Shown here piece by piece: positions 59,391 through 61,617 of a DNA stretch of 61,617 bases. The notes under the pieces were generated by a model. It was not told where the DNA came from, made no database searches, and saw nothing but the letters and a program-made list of their open reading frames with translations. The position numbers and the translations under genes were made by a program. Position 1 is the first letter of the stretch, and every line of letters begins with the position of its first letter. This DNA comes from Bacillota bacterium. Lineage in GTDB: Bacteria > Bacillota > Limnochordia > Limnochordales > ZCTH02-B6. The stretch is taken from positions 1 through 61,617 of the forward strand of contig PKQR02000003.1 of assembly GCA_017578085.2 (NCBI GenBank), read 5' to 3'.

Positions 59391-60375
59391 GTTCCCGATA
59401 CAGCCAGCAAGCCACCTTATGCGCGGGCCCCATCTCCACGTCCGGCGGGATTTCGACGTCGCAGACGCCCCTCATCACTGACGGACAGCGGGGATGGAAG
59501 CGGCAGCCGGACGGCGGGTTCATCAAGCTCGGCGGCTCGCCGGCGGGCACCTCCCTGAAGCGGTGGGCGTTCTCAGGATCCGGATCCGGGATTGCGTTCA
59601 GCAGTGCCCGGGTGTAGGGATGCTGCGGGCTGTCCAAGAGGTCGCGGGTGAGGGCTTGCTCGATGATCTTCGCGCCGTACATGACAAAGATCCGCTCGGA
59701 GAAGAAGCGCACCGTGGACAAGTCGTGGGTAATGTAGATGATGCTGATGCCATACGTCTCCTGCAGGCGCCGGAGCAGCTGCAGGATCTCCACCCGCACC
59801 GACGCGTCCAGCATCGAAACCGGTTCGTCCGCCACGATCAGCTTAGGCTGCAAGATGATGGCCCGCGCGATGACCAGCCGCTGCTGCTGGCCGCCGCTCA
59901 ACTGATGAGGGAACTTATCCAGGAAGTTGTCCACCGGCGTCAGCCGCACATCTTCCAGGGCTTGCCGGATGCGGGCTTCCCGGGTGGCCCGGTCCTTGAC
60001 TCCGTTGATGACCAGCGGCTCGTCCAAGATGCGGCGCACGTCCATGAACGGCGGCAGAGCACCGAAGGGATCCTGCTGGACGTAGCCGACCTGGGCACGG
60101 TACGCCCGCATGGCCCGGTCGTCCTTGGCGTCCAGGGGCTTGCCGTCAAAGACGATCCGGCCCCGGGTCGGCGTGTAGAGCCCCAGCACCGTGCGGGCCA
60201 GGGTGCTCTTGCCGCAGCCGCTTTCGCCGACGACGGCTACCGCTTCGCCGCGGCGAAGCACAAAGCTGACGCCGTCCACGGCCCGGACGTAGCCGACCCG
60301 AAAAAAGCCGAACCGCCTGATCTCAAACCACGTATGCAGATCCTCAACGGCCAGGAGCACGTCGTTGCTGCTCAT
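59368..60375 (-). CDS. Oligopeptide/dipeptide ABC ATP-binding protein (OppF-like)
   Basis: GESGCGKST, LSGGQQQR, ADEP and GCRFHPRC motifs. Confidence 0.93.
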   Translation of the reverse strand: MSSNDVLLAVEDLHTWFEIRRFGFFRVGYVRAVDGVSFVLRRGEAVAVVGESGCGKSTLARTVLGLYTPTRGRIVFDGKPLDAKDDRAMRAYRAQVGYVQQDPFGALPPFMDVRRILDEPLVINGVKDRATREARIRQALEDVRLTPVDNFLDKFPHQLSGGQQQRLVIARAIILQPKLIVADEPVSMLDASVRVEILQLLRRLQETYGISIIYITHDLSTVRFFSERIFVMYGAKIIEQALTRDLLDSPQHPYTRALLNAIPDPDPENAHRFREVPAGEPPSLMNPPSGCRFHPRCPSVMRGVCDVEIPPDVEMGPAHKVACWLYREHVQPQSA

Positions 60376-60428
60376 TATCGTCTCTCCCCGCCCGTCCAGG
60401 TTTTGGCCCGTTCAAGGATACGGCCCGT

Positions 60429-61391
60429 TCAGTGATACAACCAGCACTTGACCTGCCGGCCGTCTACCGCCACAAGCGGCGGATCTTCGGCGCAGCGGGC
60501 GAAGCGGGCCGGGCACCGGTCGGCGAACCGGCATCCCTTGGGCGGGTTGATCAGGCTCGGCGGCCGCCCGGGGATGAACTCCAGCTGCTTGTCCTGTTTT
60601 AGCGTCGGGACGCTGGCCATCAGCTTCTTGGAGTAGGGATGCAACGGCTCCCGGTAGAAGCGGTCAGCGCTGGCGCATTCCACCACCTGGCCGGCGTACA
60701 TGACCGCCACATCGTCGGCCAAATCGCTGGCGGTGGCGATGTCGTGCGTGATCAGAATGAAGGTCGTGCCGAACTCCCGCTTGATGCGCTTGAGCACGTT
60801 CATCAGGTTCGCCTGCGTCAGCACATCCAACGCCGAAGTGGGTTCGTCCAGCACGATCAAGTCGGGCTCGGTCACCAGCGCCATGGCGATGGCGGTCCGC
60901 TGCCGCATGCCACCGCTCAGCTCAAAGGGATAGCGCGACAGGAAGTCCACCGGCAGGCCCACCAAGCCGAACGCCGCCCGCGCCCGCTCCATAGCCGCCT
61001 CCCGGTTCGGAACGCGGTTGTGCGTCAGGAGAGGTTCGGACACCTGGTCCTCGATGCGCAGGACGGGATTCAGCGAGTTCTGCGCCGCCTGGGGGACCAG
61101 CGCCATCTTGGTCCAGCGAACCTCGCGACGGAAGCGCTCCTCGCTCAACGCCATCACGTCCTGGCCGTCGAGGATGACCCGGCCTTTGTAGCTTTGGACG
61201 TTCCGGGGCAGCAGGCGGAGGATCGCCTTGGCCAGCGAGCTCTTGCCCGAGCCGGATTCACCGATGATGACCAGGGTGCGGCCGCGGGCCAAAGATAATT
61301 TCACCCCGTCCACGGCCTGTACGGTGCCCTGCGCCGTGCGGAAGTGCAAGATCATGTCTTCAATACGCAAGAAACCGTTGGCTTCCATCAT
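60429..61391 (-). CDS. Oligopeptide/dipeptide ABC ATP-binding protein (OppD-like)
   Basis: GESGSGKS, LSGGMRQR, LDEPT and GCRFADRC motifs; TGATG overlap with the permease. Confidence 0.93.
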   Translation of the reverse strand: MMEANGFLRIEDMILHFRTAQGTVQAVDGVKLSLARGRTLVIIGESGSGKSSLAKAILRLLPRNVQSYKGRVILDGQDVMALSEERFRREVRWTKMALVPQAAQNSLNPVLRIEDQVSEPLLTHNRVPNREAAMERARAAFGLVGLPVDFLSRYPFELSGGMRQRTAIAMALVTEPDLIVLDEPTSALDVLTQANLMNVLKRIKREFGTTFILITHDIATASDLADDVAVMYAGQVVECASADRFYREPLHPYSKKLMASVPTLKQDKQLEFIPGRPPSLINPPKGCRFADRCPARFARCAEDPPLVAVDGRQVKCWLYH

Positions 61392-61617
61392 CACAATCCC
61401 CTGAGTCTCGGATTGAAGACGCGGTCCAAAGTGAAGCCCAGCATGGAAAAGCCGAGACCGGTGATGAGCAACAGCACCGACGGCGCCAGCACCCAGTAGT
61501 AATGTCCGTTGAAGAGGGCACCGTTGGCCCCGGCCTCGAAAAGCACCTTGCCCCAAGTCGGCAGGAGCGGGTCGCCCAACCCCAGCACAGCCAAGTTGGC
61601 TTCCAGGAATACGAAAG
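61391..61617 (-). CDS. Peptide ABC transporter permease (OppC-like), 3' part only
   Basis: LGLGDPLLPTWG...DRVFNPRLR C-terminus; truncated by the window edge. Confidence 0.85.
   Translation of the reverse strand, partial: FVFLEANLAVLGLGDPLLPTWGKVLFEAGANGALFNGHYYWVLAPSVLLLITGLGFSMLGFTLDRVFNPRLRGL

Overview
A GC-rich chromosomal window from an endospore-forming Bacillota (spoIVA, spoIIP, ytfJ/gerW). A Limnochordia/Symbiobacterium/Thermaerobacter-like lineage is inferred from gene content and composition only. It is mostly core genome: a complex I-like operon lacking nuoEFG (nuoABCDHIJKLM; nuoN would lie off the left edge), a lipid kinase, an FtsH-like protease with a small partner, lgt, cinA-thpR-recA-recX-rny, lysA-M50-scpAB-ytfJ-rluB, a HutP-led aromatic amino acid operon with an AroH-HisC fusion, cmk-plsC-rpsA, a DUF1614-spoIIP-YIEGIA-cap-DUF3189-der-plsY-spoIVA cluster, hup, hom-thrC-thrB-lysC, fhs, tRNA-Pro(GGG), a TauE exporter, acetoacetate-CoA ligase, an FG-GAP surface protein, a family-4 UDG, EF-G2, a CDGSH protein, a MetY-CoA-binding fusion and the end of a peptide ABC transporter operon. 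The only clearly accessory DNA is a ~1.4 kb lower-GC islet behind tRNA-Pro. It encodes a membrane-anchored GAF-like protein interrupted by one in-frame TGA plus a small basic protein, and ends at a degenerate copy of the tRNA 3' end. The best candidates for new biology are this islet, the HutP-like regulator with CAG repeats in its leader plus the AroH-aminotransferase fusion, the YIEGIA/DUF3189 module, a UDG with a beta-clamp-like motif, a shared sigma-H-like promoter motif and several apparent non-canonical start codons. No CRISPR array, rRNA, transposase or integrase was seen. All family calls are by eye from motifs and synteny; no database searches were run.
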